A stretch of DNA of 64,000 bases from Amphiscolops sp. MND2022. Lineage: Eukaryota. Made by a program: the position numbers and the translations under genes. The notes below the pieces were generated by a model that worked only from the letters and a program-made list of their open reading frames with translations, ran no database searches and had not been told where the DNA came from. The stretch is from contig OZ076409.1 in the NCBI GenBank assembly GCA_964187785.1, positions 36,148,001 through 36,212,000 on the forward strand, given 5' to 3'. Every line of letters begins with the position of its first letter. The stretch's first letter is position 1. Below are positions 39,001 through 48,605 of the stretch, in pieces.

Positions 39001-42000
39001 TTGCACTCATTATCAAGCTCGTATAGATTGACTAGGAAACTTTTCATTGATTTCCCAAAGACAACTTATGTAGTTTGCGAGTAAGATACAATTTTTCAAG
39101 TTATCCCACAGTTTGGAGGGCCGCTGAGTGATTTGAGAAAAATTGCTCTAACTTAGTTCTAGCAATGAAATCAGTAGTAACTGGTATCAAACTATGATTT
39201 CACCTGCATCACGCTATACAGCTGCTGATGCTCGTATCTTTTGATACCAAGGACTCCTTGGAACATGTTGTACAGTTCTTCTTTGCCCAGAGTAGTCTCC
39301 GAAAGTGGAGCAGTCATCCTCGTGGCCGACTTGCTGCCTTCCTCGCCGCGAGTAATGACGTCATATTTAGTGAGCCATGAGTTGAGGACAGTCTCCTTGC
39401 TGAGACCTTCAATGTCAGGCAGAGAAGCAACTCGCTTCTCAATCATCTTCTTGAATACTTCACGGAAATCATGCGCTGAAATTCCTCCACACTTGACAAG
39501 CTGAAGCAAAAATGAATTTAAAAAGGACATGGATATAGATAATTACTTGTAAATACAGGTAAGTATATCCTGTGGATAATTACAGGATAAACATCACGTA
39601 TAGATAATTACAAAGAAAACAGCCGAATAAATTCAGTAATACATGCAAATTGAATAGCATCAAAATAGACTTTTAAAAAAATTCACTTTGGAACGAAAAT
39701 TCTGAACACAAACAAATAACATTAAAAGCAATTTCACTATTCTCTATCCAATTTCCTTGCTATTTATAATTATATCCGGTCACAAATCTGTGCATGCCAA
39801 CCTCTTTGTCGTTTGGAGGAGGCAATAAATTGACTAGAACAGTGTTTAGAATATTGATAAATCTTTTGTGCCATAAACTAGAAGCTTTCAGCATCGCATC
39901 CTGTATATTCAGCTCTTGAATGATTGCGTAAAATTTCATTTGCGTAATTGCTTTATGTGAAACTAGTGACTCGACAGCCCTAATTATAAAACATTCATCC
40001 ATCAAAATGTTGCGCTGCTGACATCTCGACAGACAAGTCTACAACAACGCGGAGTTACATTCTTGTTGCAATTGAAAAAAAGAAAACTTCAAAAAAGTAC
40101 TCCAATTAATGAAACAAGACAGGAACGTCTTAGGCCGGTACCCCGCTTAAGGCTCAAAAAGAGCAGCTTCATATTCGCTAAGGACCTATATTTTAAAAGT
40201 CACAAAAATATCAGTGCCAACAATGTTCAAAAGGAGGACCCTTTTGTCTTTTAGTTTCGTAACAAAATGCAAAAATATAAGGATAGAGTAATAAGGTTCG
40301 AAAACCGGACCGGCCGCTTGGCAAGTCTCAGTACCTTTGGTACAATAATTATGTCAGTTCGAGGTGTGTCTTAAAAGTCACATTTATAGCCTGCTCTCTA
40401 AGGGCTGACTGAAAACAAAACTCAGGGTAATAGAAGGCACTTAGTCTTGAATCAAAGCACCAAATATTAGATATTGCCACTTTTTTGCCACCAAAATTGA
40501 GTAAATAATATGCTATGTTGAATATTTTCAGCGATAAGTTCTTCCACTCTGGATAAAAAACTAAAGATGAGTATCAATATCGTCGAATAAAAACATAACT
40601 CATTTCAGTAATATGAGCTATACATCTGTGGTCTCTCATTTCAATAACGCGAGCGGAGCTATACATGTAGTCTACACAAAGAGTATTGATTTTTTTAACA
40701 TTGGAACCTTTTCTATTCTACTGCTTTTGAGAAAGGTGTCGTTGTAGTGATTGACGGCGTTGTAGAAGGCTTCATCTGATTGGATCTGAGGCATCTCGTT
40801 TTTGAGGAACATGATGAAGCGCTTGCGGTAGTGGTCCAGTTGACTCAGACTCAGCTTCAACTGTCTCCGTTGCATGTCTGTTGGTTGCTTCGCGTTGAAG
40901 GGATATGCAATACATCGCAACACCAACACATACAACTGGTATCTATACGTACAAACAAAATTTAACAACGCCTTTGAAAGTCCAAAGTTGAGTTTTTCAG
41001 CATAGAATAATCGTCCCAGAATCACAATTTAATTTTGCGCTATTACTTGACATTGACAGTGTGGAAATACAAAAAAAATCAATGAAATTTATAGATAGTC
41101 ACCAAGAGGTTCTTAGAAATCAACTTGAATATTTACCCTGCAAATATTAGTCGACCCACTCATTCGCAGACCTAATAACCTCAAAATGAATGAGGAAAAA
41201 CGCAACTTCAAACGAAATGAGCTAATGTGACTTCAAATTAAACTAATCGCATATCGAAAAACAATGCCTACCGCTCTTGTCGATCTTGCTCTTCGTCCGC
41301 TGCACTCATGGGCGCTTTTTCTTCTTTGCTTTCCAGAGAAGGTGTCGGACTTGGCGATCTGCCAAACTTCAAAGCTGTCGCACTATTCTTCCTCGAATTT
41401 ATGCCTTGAAAACAAATCGTGCACACATTAATCATACTTATGTAAGAAGAGACTTTCAAGCTAGTGGCGTCTTCTAACTCGTAAAAAAATTGAAGCAGTT
41501 AATTGAAAAGTAAATTGAACTGGAAACAATCCGGGAATCTAAGGCTCAAAAATATCAAAAGGACTTCAAAGTGTCAAGTATTCTCTTTTACAGTACCCGA
41601 AAAAAGTTGGACCGAATTGGCGCGCTAAAAGGGGGACCCTTTGAGGTTTTTCAACATCCATTCTGTCGCAAATATCAAAAAAATGAAGGAGGACCCTTTG
41701 GAGAAAAAAATTCGAAAGTCTCAACTGAACACCATAAAATTTCGTAGAACTTTGTGGAACTATTTTGGTCAGTTCGTGTGGATTGGAAAAAAGTCACTAT
41801 AATACTCGCGTTTCACTTCATGAATGGATAATGAATGACTAAAAATGGACAATTTAAAAGCTCACTGTAATATTTTTTTTGAAATCATGCAGTAAGCTAC
41901 AGAAACTTCACAGAGCCGCTACTTTTTAACTTTAGTGATCTCAATGCTCAACAGAAATGGTTTGGAAGCAGGGAACGAATTTTTCTGTAAACACAACTCC

Positions 42001-45000
42001 TATGGGACTCCAATGTTTGGTCAAAACGATTTAAATTTTATTTTGGCGTATTTTAACCTATATTCCAAAATTTGCAAACTGAAAAAGCGGCGCGCTAAGC
42101 AGAGTCAATCGTAATGAAAAGCTGAAGCGAATATGTTTTTCTGAGAAATACTGAACTTACAAAAACAATGCGTAACAAGCCGAACTTTATTGAAAGATGC
42201 CGTACTGTGGTCTTTCAGAAAACGATTTGTAACTCTCACGGCCAGGGATGGGAAATTATTAAATGTGGTCTCATTAAATGTCATTATATTAAATGCATTC
42301 ATTATTTTCCGCCCACATAAATGGGGGAGGAAAATCATGATCTGTGTTGCATTTTTTAAACAAATTCTGCCAAATCTCCACTTTTATTTATTCCATTTAG
42401 TAGAACGATAAACTAGTCACTGGGCACAGTTGGTAGTGCGTCTGCCTGCCAGGCATGAGGCCATAGGTTCGAACCCGGGCTGGAGCGTTAGTGTTTATAG
42501 CGGAAAATATCCCGGTGCTTAGCGGGCGTTTTGTTGAATATTCGAGCGTTTGCAATAACATTCAAATGATGCTAAAATTTCAACACATGCTGCCATTAAT
42601 TTTTCTTTTGGACTTTTGGATGCAGCAAGATTCCTGTTTTACCACCGACCACGTTTCGATATACAGTACACGTTCTGGTAACATTTCTTTTTTTTTCGTC
42701 GAAGAATGAAAACCAGTAATCACAAGATGCGGAATAGTTCTTCAGACAGCCTTTCTATTATTGTGAAAATTTCGGTGTTGTGCAAAATATTGACATCCAA
42801 AGTTCCGATACAGAGCAGTGTATTGCTTTGAATAAAATTAACCATTTAACATGTTTCTATGTATTTCTGAATCGATTGGACGTGCATGTATTTCATGTAA
42901 TTTTATAAGCCTCATGTACCTCTATCATGTATGTAGTAAAAAACGCTCTTCGGCAAACATACAATTTCTCAAATCAATGTTTAACAGAAAAAACAAGCCG
43001 GGACCGGCCCAAGTCGGCGCCATATCCAAGGCTCAAAAATAGCAAAAGGACATCGAAGTTTCAAAGTATTCTCTTCTACAGCACTAAAACTTTTTTTGAA
43101 AAAAGTCTCACAACGCCGAAAAAAATTGAAAGGGGGACCCTTTGGGATATTTCTATACCCAGTCTGTCGCAAAACCCAAAAAAAATGAAGGGGGGACCCT
43201 TTGGGAAATTTTTTTTCCCGAAAAAAGTCTCGCAATGCCAAAAAAAACTGAAAGGTGGGACCCTTTGGTCTCGTCCGGCAGTGTATGTTATGCGGGAAAC
43301 TTTTTGGTTCTGTTCCCTGGGCCAACAGATGAAATTTGAAATTTTGTAGAACTTTTGGTAGAACTATTTTGGTCAGTTAAGGTGGTCTTAAAAAAACACT
43401 GACGAAAAGCCATGACTATAGTCGACTCTTTTCTCTAGAAAAGCGTCGACTAACAACTTAGTTTTTCGAGAGTTTCTGCCTTCGTCCTGTTTCTTCGGTG
43501 ACCGGTCCGATGTCCGAAGGCCCCAGAGGCTGAACAGTCTCTCTACAGAAGCCAAAGAGCAAGGGCACGATAGAACTTCTACGACGGCATTTCGAAACTC
43601 TAGACTGTCGTCGAAGTTTGTGTTATTGAACAAATTTGCTTGAATGATTTTGCAAGCACTAGTTCCCGCTGTTCAGAACGGGACGTCTAGCGGCTCCTAA
43701 TTTATTTGCTTCCAATCGAAAATTCTAATTACTTCTAATTAAATTTCTTCAGTTGCTAGTTGCTTCTAATTCATCTACATGTTACGATAACAAATTACGA
43801 TAACGTAGTCAGCTATGTTCACATACTCCTAGTACCCTAAATGCAGGAGCGAAGCGGAGCGACGTGCCATATGGCCATGCCTCAATGTTGCTACTTGGCG
43901 AAGGGAGCGAAGCGACCGAGCTATACAACAAATATGCTAACCTCTTCAAATAATAACGTGAAAATAATTGCTGATATGGAATTTTTCAGGACCAACTAAT
44001 TTTAGAAGCAGCTAGATTTAGATGCAACTCGTCATTTCAAAATTAGAAGCAAATAAATAAGGAGCAACTGGGCTTGTATTACATGTATTGGCGCCAAGTA
44101 GCCTTATCCGCTTGTCTTGTATCAGTATGCTATATACACGTGTATTCCTTACATGGACATGTACTTGTAACAATACACTGATAGAATTAATGCAGTTCAA
44201 ACAAGACGGGAACGTCTAAAGTCGGCGCCATATCTAAGGCTCAAAAAGCGCAAAAGATTTTTTTTGGAAAAAAATTGAAATTTTTGAAAAATTTTTTTGC
44301 TTTCAAAAAAAGTCGCACAGTGCCGAAAAATGTAAAAGGGGGACCCTTCTGGATTTATTAACATACATTCCGTTGCAAAATATCAAAAAACTCGAAGGGG
44401 GGACCCTTTGGGGACAAAAAAAATTTTCGAAAAAAAAGTCGCACAGTGCCGAAAAAAACTCAAAGGGGGGACCCTATAGTCTCGTCCTGTTTTGTATATT
44501 ACGATAAAAATGGACTTACTGAAAGGGGGGACCCTTTGCACTATCTCAAATGCGCTGCCAGTATTTTAGTAGTACTGTATTTAGTAGTTGAACGTTAATT
44601 TTAACGTTCGACGCTTCGAGTCTGTCCTAAATAAAAAAAAAAGAAAAAAAACGAGTGACTGTAATAGTCGGGCTCTTTTCTTAAGAAAAGCGCCGACTAA
44701 AAATACCTCCATTCGGGACGAATATCAACTTTGATGGAAGAAAATCCGACTTAGAAAATATCTTTGAATTGAAAAAGTCCACTACGGGGAAAATTTCAAT
44801 TTACCTACAAGAATTTCTTCCAATTTTGCGCCAAATTAAAAAACTGCCTCCACTCTGGTTTCAACAGAAAAGAACGAGCTTTTTCGGTTCTTCTTTCGAT
44901 TCTACAGTCTCATCAACGACTGAATATGGCGATTGAGAATTTGCGAAACAATATTATTGTAAAATGAAACGCATCCGATGAGAAATAAAATGCTGTTTCG

Positions 45001-47911
45001 CCAATATTTCTTCACATATTTGAGTTTTTAAACTTATATTTATGCCCATTTTTCGTTCATTTAAAACATATAAATCCGGTCCCTGTATGAAAGGCTAATG
45101 AGATTGAATCATCAAATATCAGTACTATGTTCATCAGATCGAAGAGTCGGTAACTATTCACGACTCAGGATATAAAAGGGTCAATGCCAGACACTAACCA
45201 TCAGTGGAGTCCTTCATGTTTCCGCTTTTGGCAGGACTGATGGGTGCCAGCGCAGACTGTGAAGTGGACAGTCCTCTCTGTTTGGAGCCGGCATTCAGAG
45301 GCGAAACTGGCGCCAAGTGAGACGCCGAACCAGATCTGTTGTCAGCACGTCGTCCAGGGGGTAACACATAACCTAAACGTACTTCATCCACAACACCAGT
45401 ACAAAGAATCCAAACTGTAAGAATCCATTCAGTCCAAAGAATCCATTCAGTACAAAGAATCAAAACTGTACAAAGTGCTGAAAAATTCAAGAATTTTGCA
45501 GATTCGAGTTGTTTGCAGGGTTTGACTTAGCACGAATTTTTAAAATCGAACAGTTTTTATTAAAGTATGGTTCATTACAATCAAATAATGTGAATAGCAT
45601 CATTTCATTAGAACTACCCCATAAGCTTACAACCAGAATGAACGCTTAAATGAGAAGGCCACAAAAATCTCGGTCTCGGAACAAAATAATTGTAAATAAT
45701 TGAAAAAAACTTCAAGTTGAGAAAAAACAGGATATAAAAAATACCACATAGTCAATGACACTGTTTTGAACGCCATTTTGCTTGAGAGTAACATTCAAGT
45801 TCATAGTTTCAAAACTCAGATTCGTCTAACATGTCTGCAAATTTCCACCTATTTAGAACGAACATGAAGATTTTTAGTTGAAACTGCGAAACATTGAAAA
45901 TGCCACAAAACAAGGTGCGTGACAAAAATCCAAAATTTAGTCTTTGAAATTTAAGATAGACGACCAAACATCTACATGTAATAATTTTTATTTCAATTTC
46001 TGGAGCGTCATTTTTCTACCTACATTGTTGCTTTTGCTTCAAAAACATTTTTTGCAGCATCTTCGGAAGTGGAAATTACAACAACAATCATGAAAAGTCA
46101 AGATTATTTCAATATATCATTGCCTACTTAGCAATTTTACGTGCACAAACAACTGAAGAAGGCATTATGTTGCCAAAAAGTCTGCTTTCAAGTCGGAAAT
46201 TGAGCCAAATATATGTCACATTGCAAGCATCAATTTCAAAAGGAGAGAAGCAGCGACCGACTTTCCCTTTAACAGCCTGTTTGAAAAAGAATTGTGCAAT
46301 TCATCGTCAGAAACAGGTGGTTTGACACAGTAATGCCGCGTGTAATACATTACATTGCAGGTTGAAAAAAAAAGAGTTATACTAATAAATAGAAAATCAA
46401 AGCATGATATAAGCCTAAGGACAGTCAAATTCAAAAGTAATTTTTAAACAGAGGCGAAGCCGTGCTTCGCAAACACTTGCGTACTTTTGAAGAAAACCAA
46501 ATAAGCAATATGAAAGGAGAACCAAGGGTAAAAGGACATTAAAATTTCATCAATTTTACAATATGCAGCGCCAAAAAATACCCGAAAGGATACGCATAAG
46601 TCTCGAAAACCATTCTTCCCCAACAGAAAACAGCAAAAAACCCATCTTTCTCAACGAAAAACCTTTAAAAAACAGAAAATTCAGGAAACAATTTTTCGAA
46701 AATATTTTTGATGGTCTCCGGTAAGTCGCATAGTGCCGAAAACCTCGAGGAGTCCTTAACTCTCGCAAAACGTTTCGTTACTGGCAAAAATTGAGGAGGG
46801 GCTCGGTGAAACACCTGTCTTCAAAACAACAAAAATCGGATATAGCGTGCCGGACCTGAGAAAACCTAATTTTAACACAAAAATTATTCCTTTTGAAAAA
46901 TGTCACAATGCCGGAAACTGTGAAAGAGGGGACCCTTTGAGATTTTTTACCATCCATTCTGTTCCAAAATTTCAAAAAATGGGGGACTCTTTGGAGTCTT
47001 TAATAAAAATTTTCGAAAAAAAAACAAAAAGAGTAATTTTAATGGCAGTCTCATAGTGCCGAAAAATCTGAAGGGACCCTTTGGGAATTTTTAACATTCG
47101 TTCTGTTGCAAGATATCAAACAAAGAGAAGGGTGGACCCTTTGTAGACATTAAAAATTTTTGAAAAAAAAACAAAAAATGAAACGGGAGTCTTCAAAAAA
47201 ATTTCGAAAAAAAGAATTTTGAACAGTCTCATAGTGCCGAAAAAAGTTAGAACCTTCTGCTTCGGAATACTTGTGAAAAAATAAGCGCATACCCACGGGT
47301 TCGAACACGAAACCTCTGGGTTGAAAAGCAAACATCTTACCACTAGACCACGAACGCGTGAAATGTGCGACTTGCCGCGTGAAATGTGAGTTGTCGCGCG
47401 GACAAAAAAGCACCCGCACTTTCCCATAACACTTGCTTATCGCAAGTAAAATTATGAAATTGATGGGTTAAATGCTTATCAGTTAGCATGGAACTTCTAA
47501 TGGAAATTCAGGGGTTGTGATTTACCTGTATCAGGATTTTTAGCTGTATAGTCAGCACAAGGGCCGCGTAAAGTACTTATTAGAGCACCATTTCATGCTG
47601 CGCCGACTAGACATGGTAATACTCATTAAACTGCACGAGCTTTCAACTTGAAACTTCCAACAAGTTTGCAAACAAGGACAATGTCTTAGACAGAAAAAGT
47701 TCAAAAACACAGTTCGAAAGCACTTCAAAGAAATCTCCATTCATCTTCCAGACAAGGATACATTGAACATACTTCGATAATGGTAATTATACATGAAAAG
47801 AATTAAGAAAAAAGGTTTACCGGGCGGCAGACAAAGACCTCTGCTGTCTGGCTGATAGAAGTAATCGGTTTCTGTTTCAGACTCGTCTTCCTCTGACGAA
47901 ATCTCAATCAT
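2912..47911 (-). CDS. CADPS: Calcium-dependent secretion activator (CAPS/UNC-31), spliced gene span; 17 coding exons in window, 3' part outside window
   Basis: Exons assembled by hand; all have GT..AG boundaries and matching phases. Peptides match remembered CAPS motifs: [15 protein letters not shown]2 ([14 protein letters not shown]), PH ([17 protein letters not shown]), [47 protein letters not shown]. Confidence 0.95.
3285..3551 (-). repeat. 3' LTR
   Basis: One mismatch to 8967-9233; PPT AGAAGGGAGGAAA (3564-3552) is adjacent. Confidence 0.97.
3637..8913 (-). pseudogene. gag-pol polyprotein (Zn knuckles, aspartic protease, RT, RNase H, integrase) broken by frameshifts and stops
   Basis: [14 protein letters not shown] knuckle, VDTGS protease, WLDD RT, TDAS..ELELLAV RNase H, HFGH..CVAC and D,D,E integrase. 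Lesions near 8332, 6424-6434, 4882 (TAA) and 4294 (TAG). Confidence 0.93.
8953..8966 (-). promoter_or_regulatory. Primer-binding site, probably tRNA-Ser
   Basis: TGGCGCAGTCAGCA abuts the 5' LTR; complementary to ..TGCTGACTGCG-CCA, the 3' end I recall for invertebrate tRNA-Ser. Confidence 0.8.
8967..9233 (-). repeat. 5' LTR
   Basis: Direct repeat of 3285-3551, followed immediately by the PBS. Confidence 0.97.
9850..10260. repeat. Dispersed repeat, second copy at about 31959-32392
   Basis: Colinear similarity from ttctatcatagc to ggtcatctctg. Confidence 0.7.
12932..13253 (+). mobile_element. piggyBac-like non-autonomous repeat
   Basis: Starts TTAA-CCCTAAATGGACCAGG; partial inverted match CTAGGTCCACTTT near 13240-13252; homologous to 1-277. 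Confidence 0.55.
14877..14940 (-). CDS. CADPS: CADPS coding exon 16 ([21 protein letters not shown])
   Basis: 64 nt, phase 2-0, gtgagt donor. Confidence 0.95.
15290..15861 (-). mobile_element. HINE family A copy (5' end intact)
   Basis: Ends tagtcgcgtttgacttcatgaagcgccgactaaaaa; internal aaggggggaccctt repeats. Confidence 0.8.
16279..16380 (-). CDS. CADPS: CADPS coding exon 15 ([21 protein letters not shown])
   Basis: 102 nt, phase 2-2. Confidence 0.93.
16455..17002 (+). mobile_element. Tc1-family transposon, internal-deletion derivative
   Basis: 30-bp TIRs TAGATCGTTTCAAAAAGTTCGCGAG(G/A)CTAG with one mismatch; TA on both flanks. Confidence 0.92.
16532..16966 (+). CDS. Truncated Tc1 transposase, N-terminal HTH DNA-binding region only (144 aa)
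   Basis: HTH ([18 protein letters not shown]), GRK linker, [12 protein letters not shown], ending at IFSD (first catalytic Asp motif) next to the right TIR. Confidence 0.8.
   Translation: MRGKRTSDDLAKSMYRFKDANPDYANSAIARVFSISEPTLRGILKRRIGQKKVKLGRKSVLTRRIKRQLLGRVNRNSKLRPSDLLLTARRLVSNATAHHFLKNRDIRNSVVVQDVLTNAQKDRRVNWCRRRLFFDFTKSIFSDD
17369..17556 (-). CDS. CADPS: CADPS coding exon 14 ([25 protein letters not shown])
   Basis: 188 nt, phase 0-2, strongly conserved CAPS peptide. Confidence 0.95.
20216..20541 (-). mobile_element. HINE family C (~325 bp); further copies at 21425-21746, 22629-22954, 23836-24158
   Basis: 12-bp subterminal IR CACATGACGAAG, 5' hairpin, 3' stem-loop GCGAAGC-ACC-GCTTCGC; inserted in an A/T tract without TSD (empty sites near 19338 and 25048). 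Confidence 0.85.
20370..20441 (+). ncRNA. tRNA-derived cassette inside HINE family C (4 copies); not a functional tRNA
   Basis: A box TGGCACAGTGG, B box GGTTCGAATC, followed by TTTT; stems imperfect. Confidence 0.65.
26097..26221 (-). CDS. CADPS: CADPS coding exon 13 (..[17 protein letters not shown])
   Basis: 125 nt, phase 1-0, gtaagc donor. Confidence 0.9.
28542..28710. mobile_element. pogo/Tigger-like MITE
   Basis: TA|CAGTCAAACTCGGATAAAAGAAAC..GTTTCTTTTATCCGAGTTCGACTG|TA. Confidence 0.88.
28835..29008 (-). CDS. CADPS: CADPS coding exon 12, end of PH domain ([20 protein letters not shown])
   Basis: 174 nt, phase 1-1, gttagt donor. Confidence 0.9.
29131..29595 (+). mobile_element. HINE family A, complete copy with B-box segment
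   Basis: TTTTTAGTCGGCGC 5' end; GCGCCGACT plus hairpin plus TGTTTTT 3' end; close relative at 61599-62144. Confidence 0.85.
30759..30937 (-). CDS. CADPS: CADPS coding exon 11, PH domain ([27 protein letters not shown])
   Basis: 179 nt, phase 2-1. Confidence 0.95.
31072..31235 (-). CDS. CADPS: CADPS coding exon 10 ([18 protein letters not shown])
   Basis: 164 nt, phase 0-2. Confidence 0.9.
31303..31414 (-). CDS. CADPS: CADPS coding exon 9, C2 domain ([20 protein letters not shown])
   Basis: 112 nt, phase 2-0. Confidence 0.92.
33429..33932 (-). mobile_element. HINE family D copy
   Basis: Homologous to 54118-54666; CCCC-TCC-GGGG hairpin and TATTTCTGC subterminal repeat. Confidence 0.8.
34429..35002 (+). 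mobile_element. HINE family A copy
   Basis: tttttagtcggcgcttcatgaag 5' end, ggcgccgact 3' subterminal repeat. Confidence 0.8.
36911..37117 (-). CDS. CADPS: CADPS coding exon 8, start of C2 domain ([35 protein letters not shown])
   Basis: 207 nt, phase 2-2, gtaaga donor. Confidence 0.92.
37613..37791 (-). CDS. CADPS: CADPS coding exon 7 ([20 protein letters not shown]..)
   Basis: ttccag acceptor, gtattt donor, phase 0-2. Confidence 0.9.
37895..38055. mobile_element. pogo/Tigger-like MITE
   Basis: 19-bp perfect TIR CAGTGGATCCCGGATATAA, TA on the left flank; partial copy near 35028-35065. Confidence 0.88.
38557..38637 (-). CDS. CADPS: CADPS coding exon 6 ([27 protein letters not shown])
   Basis: 81 nt, tttag/gtgaga, phase 0-0; not in the ORF track. 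Confidence 0.9.
39204..39500 (-). CDS. CADPS: CADPS coding exon 5 ([23 protein letters not shown])
   Basis: 297 nt, phase 0-0, conserved [16 protein letters not shown] motif. Confidence 0.95.
40708..40942 (-). CDS. CADPS: CADPS coding exon 4 ([27 protein letters not shown])
   Basis: Hallmark CAPS motif; phase 2-0. Confidence 0.95.
41272..41404 (-). CDS. CADPS: CADPS coding exon 3 ([17 protein letters not shown])
   Basis: ttcaag acceptor, gtaggc donor, phase 1-2. Confidence 0.85.
41520..41845 (-). mobile_element. Degenerate HINE family A copy (another near 40112-40420)
   Basis: tctaaggctcaaaaa and cactataatactcgcg..gactaaaaa end motifs. Confidence 0.65.
42415..42528 (+). mobile_element. tRNA-derived SINE-like head
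   Basis: GGGCACAGTTGG A-like box and GGTTCGAACCC B box; downstream aaaatatcccggtgct(t/c)agcgg also occurs inverted near 17681-17705. Confidence 0.6.
42990..43455 (-). mobile_element. HINE family A, complete copy
   Basis: aacaagccgggaccggcccaagtcggcgcc at one end, tagtcgactcttttctctagaaaagcgtcgacta hairpin at the other. Confidence 0.85.
44199..44703 (-). mobile_element. HINE family A, complete copy (clearest exemplar)
   Basis: 5' near-palindrome TAGTCGGCGCTTTTCTTAAGAAAAGAGCCCGACTA; 3' GCGCCGACT then AGACG-TTCC-CGTCT then TGTTT; internal tandem repeats; no TSD. Confidence 0.88.
45199..45372 (-). CDS. CADPS: CADPS coding exon 2 (low-complexity N-terminal region)
   Basis: tttag acceptor, gttagt donor, 174 nt open, phase 1-1. 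Confidence 0.75.
46446..47451 (-). mobile_element. HINE family B, complete solo copy (parent type of the 18-26 kb array)
   Basis: 5' TTTT-ACTTGC-GATAA-GCAAGT hairpin; 3' CGCAAGT then GCGAAGC-ACG-GCTTCGC then CTCTGTTT. Confidence 0.85.
47287..47357 (-). ncRNA. tRNA-derived cassette (resembles tRNA-Gly TCC) in HINE family B; 7 more copies in the array
   Basis: GCGTTCGTGGTCTAGTGGTAAG (A box), GTTCGAACC (B box), T-tract a few bases downstream; anticodon stem broken. Confidence 0.65.
47821..47911 (-). CDS. CADPS: CADPS coding exon 1 ([30 protein letters not shown])
   Basis: ATG at 47911, acidic SSEEDE start like the CAPS N-terminus, GTAAAC donor, phase 1 fits next exon. Confidence 0.8.
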
Positions 47912-48469
47912 CTTCGTTCCCTGTAACTACTTCCCTCTGATGGTGCACGATTATATCTACTGTTAGGCTACTTGATACGCGTGCTGTCAACACATGCAAT
48001 CATCTGAAAGAGGCGGTTAATTTGGCACTAATATGCACTCATGACATGGAAAATATACTAGCAAAGTAAGGACGCAGCACATTTGAAATTTGTATATTGA
48101 AGCTTTTTACATATGTACAAATACACATGGATAACGGATAACAGTAGTTTTAAGAGCTGAGCGACTCCAGTACAGCAGTAGTACCACCAGCAGCAGAAAT
48201 AATGGTACCACAACACAAAGTTGGTCCAAAGGAATGATTATGAATAAATAATTGTTCATCGCAGGTCGAACTTGAAATAGCACAGACTGAAATAGCACCT
48301 TCACATGTCGTAAAAGAAGGAGGAAAAGTTTGGAAAAAGAAGCACAAAGCAATAATCCATTAAATATTATGACACAACATCATGTTCCGATAAGGCCAGT
48401 TGTTGCAAATGCCTTGACTATGGCAGCAGCAGCAGCAGAGAAATACAGTTGAAAGCTCTTAGCTCGTGA

Positions 48470-48605
48470 TTAGCCAACATTGGAGCGCCACGCAGGGACG
48501 GCTTTTTGAGGTATTTTCTGCACAGCGAAAGAGGAGTTGCCCACCGGGTTCCCATCTTCTTTCTCTTTCAACCGGTTCTCCCACCCTTTCGTAGGTTGCA
48601 ATAGT
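48470..48605 (-). CDS. CCDC112: CCDC112 last coding exon (LLQPTKGWENRL..AVPAWRSNVG*)
   Basis: tttcag acceptor, phase 2, TAA at 48472-48470. Confidence 0.9.

Noticed and set aside
20370..47357. Functional tRNA genes
   Set aside because: Boxes are present but acceptor, anticodon and T stems do not pair properly, and all copies lie inside repeats.
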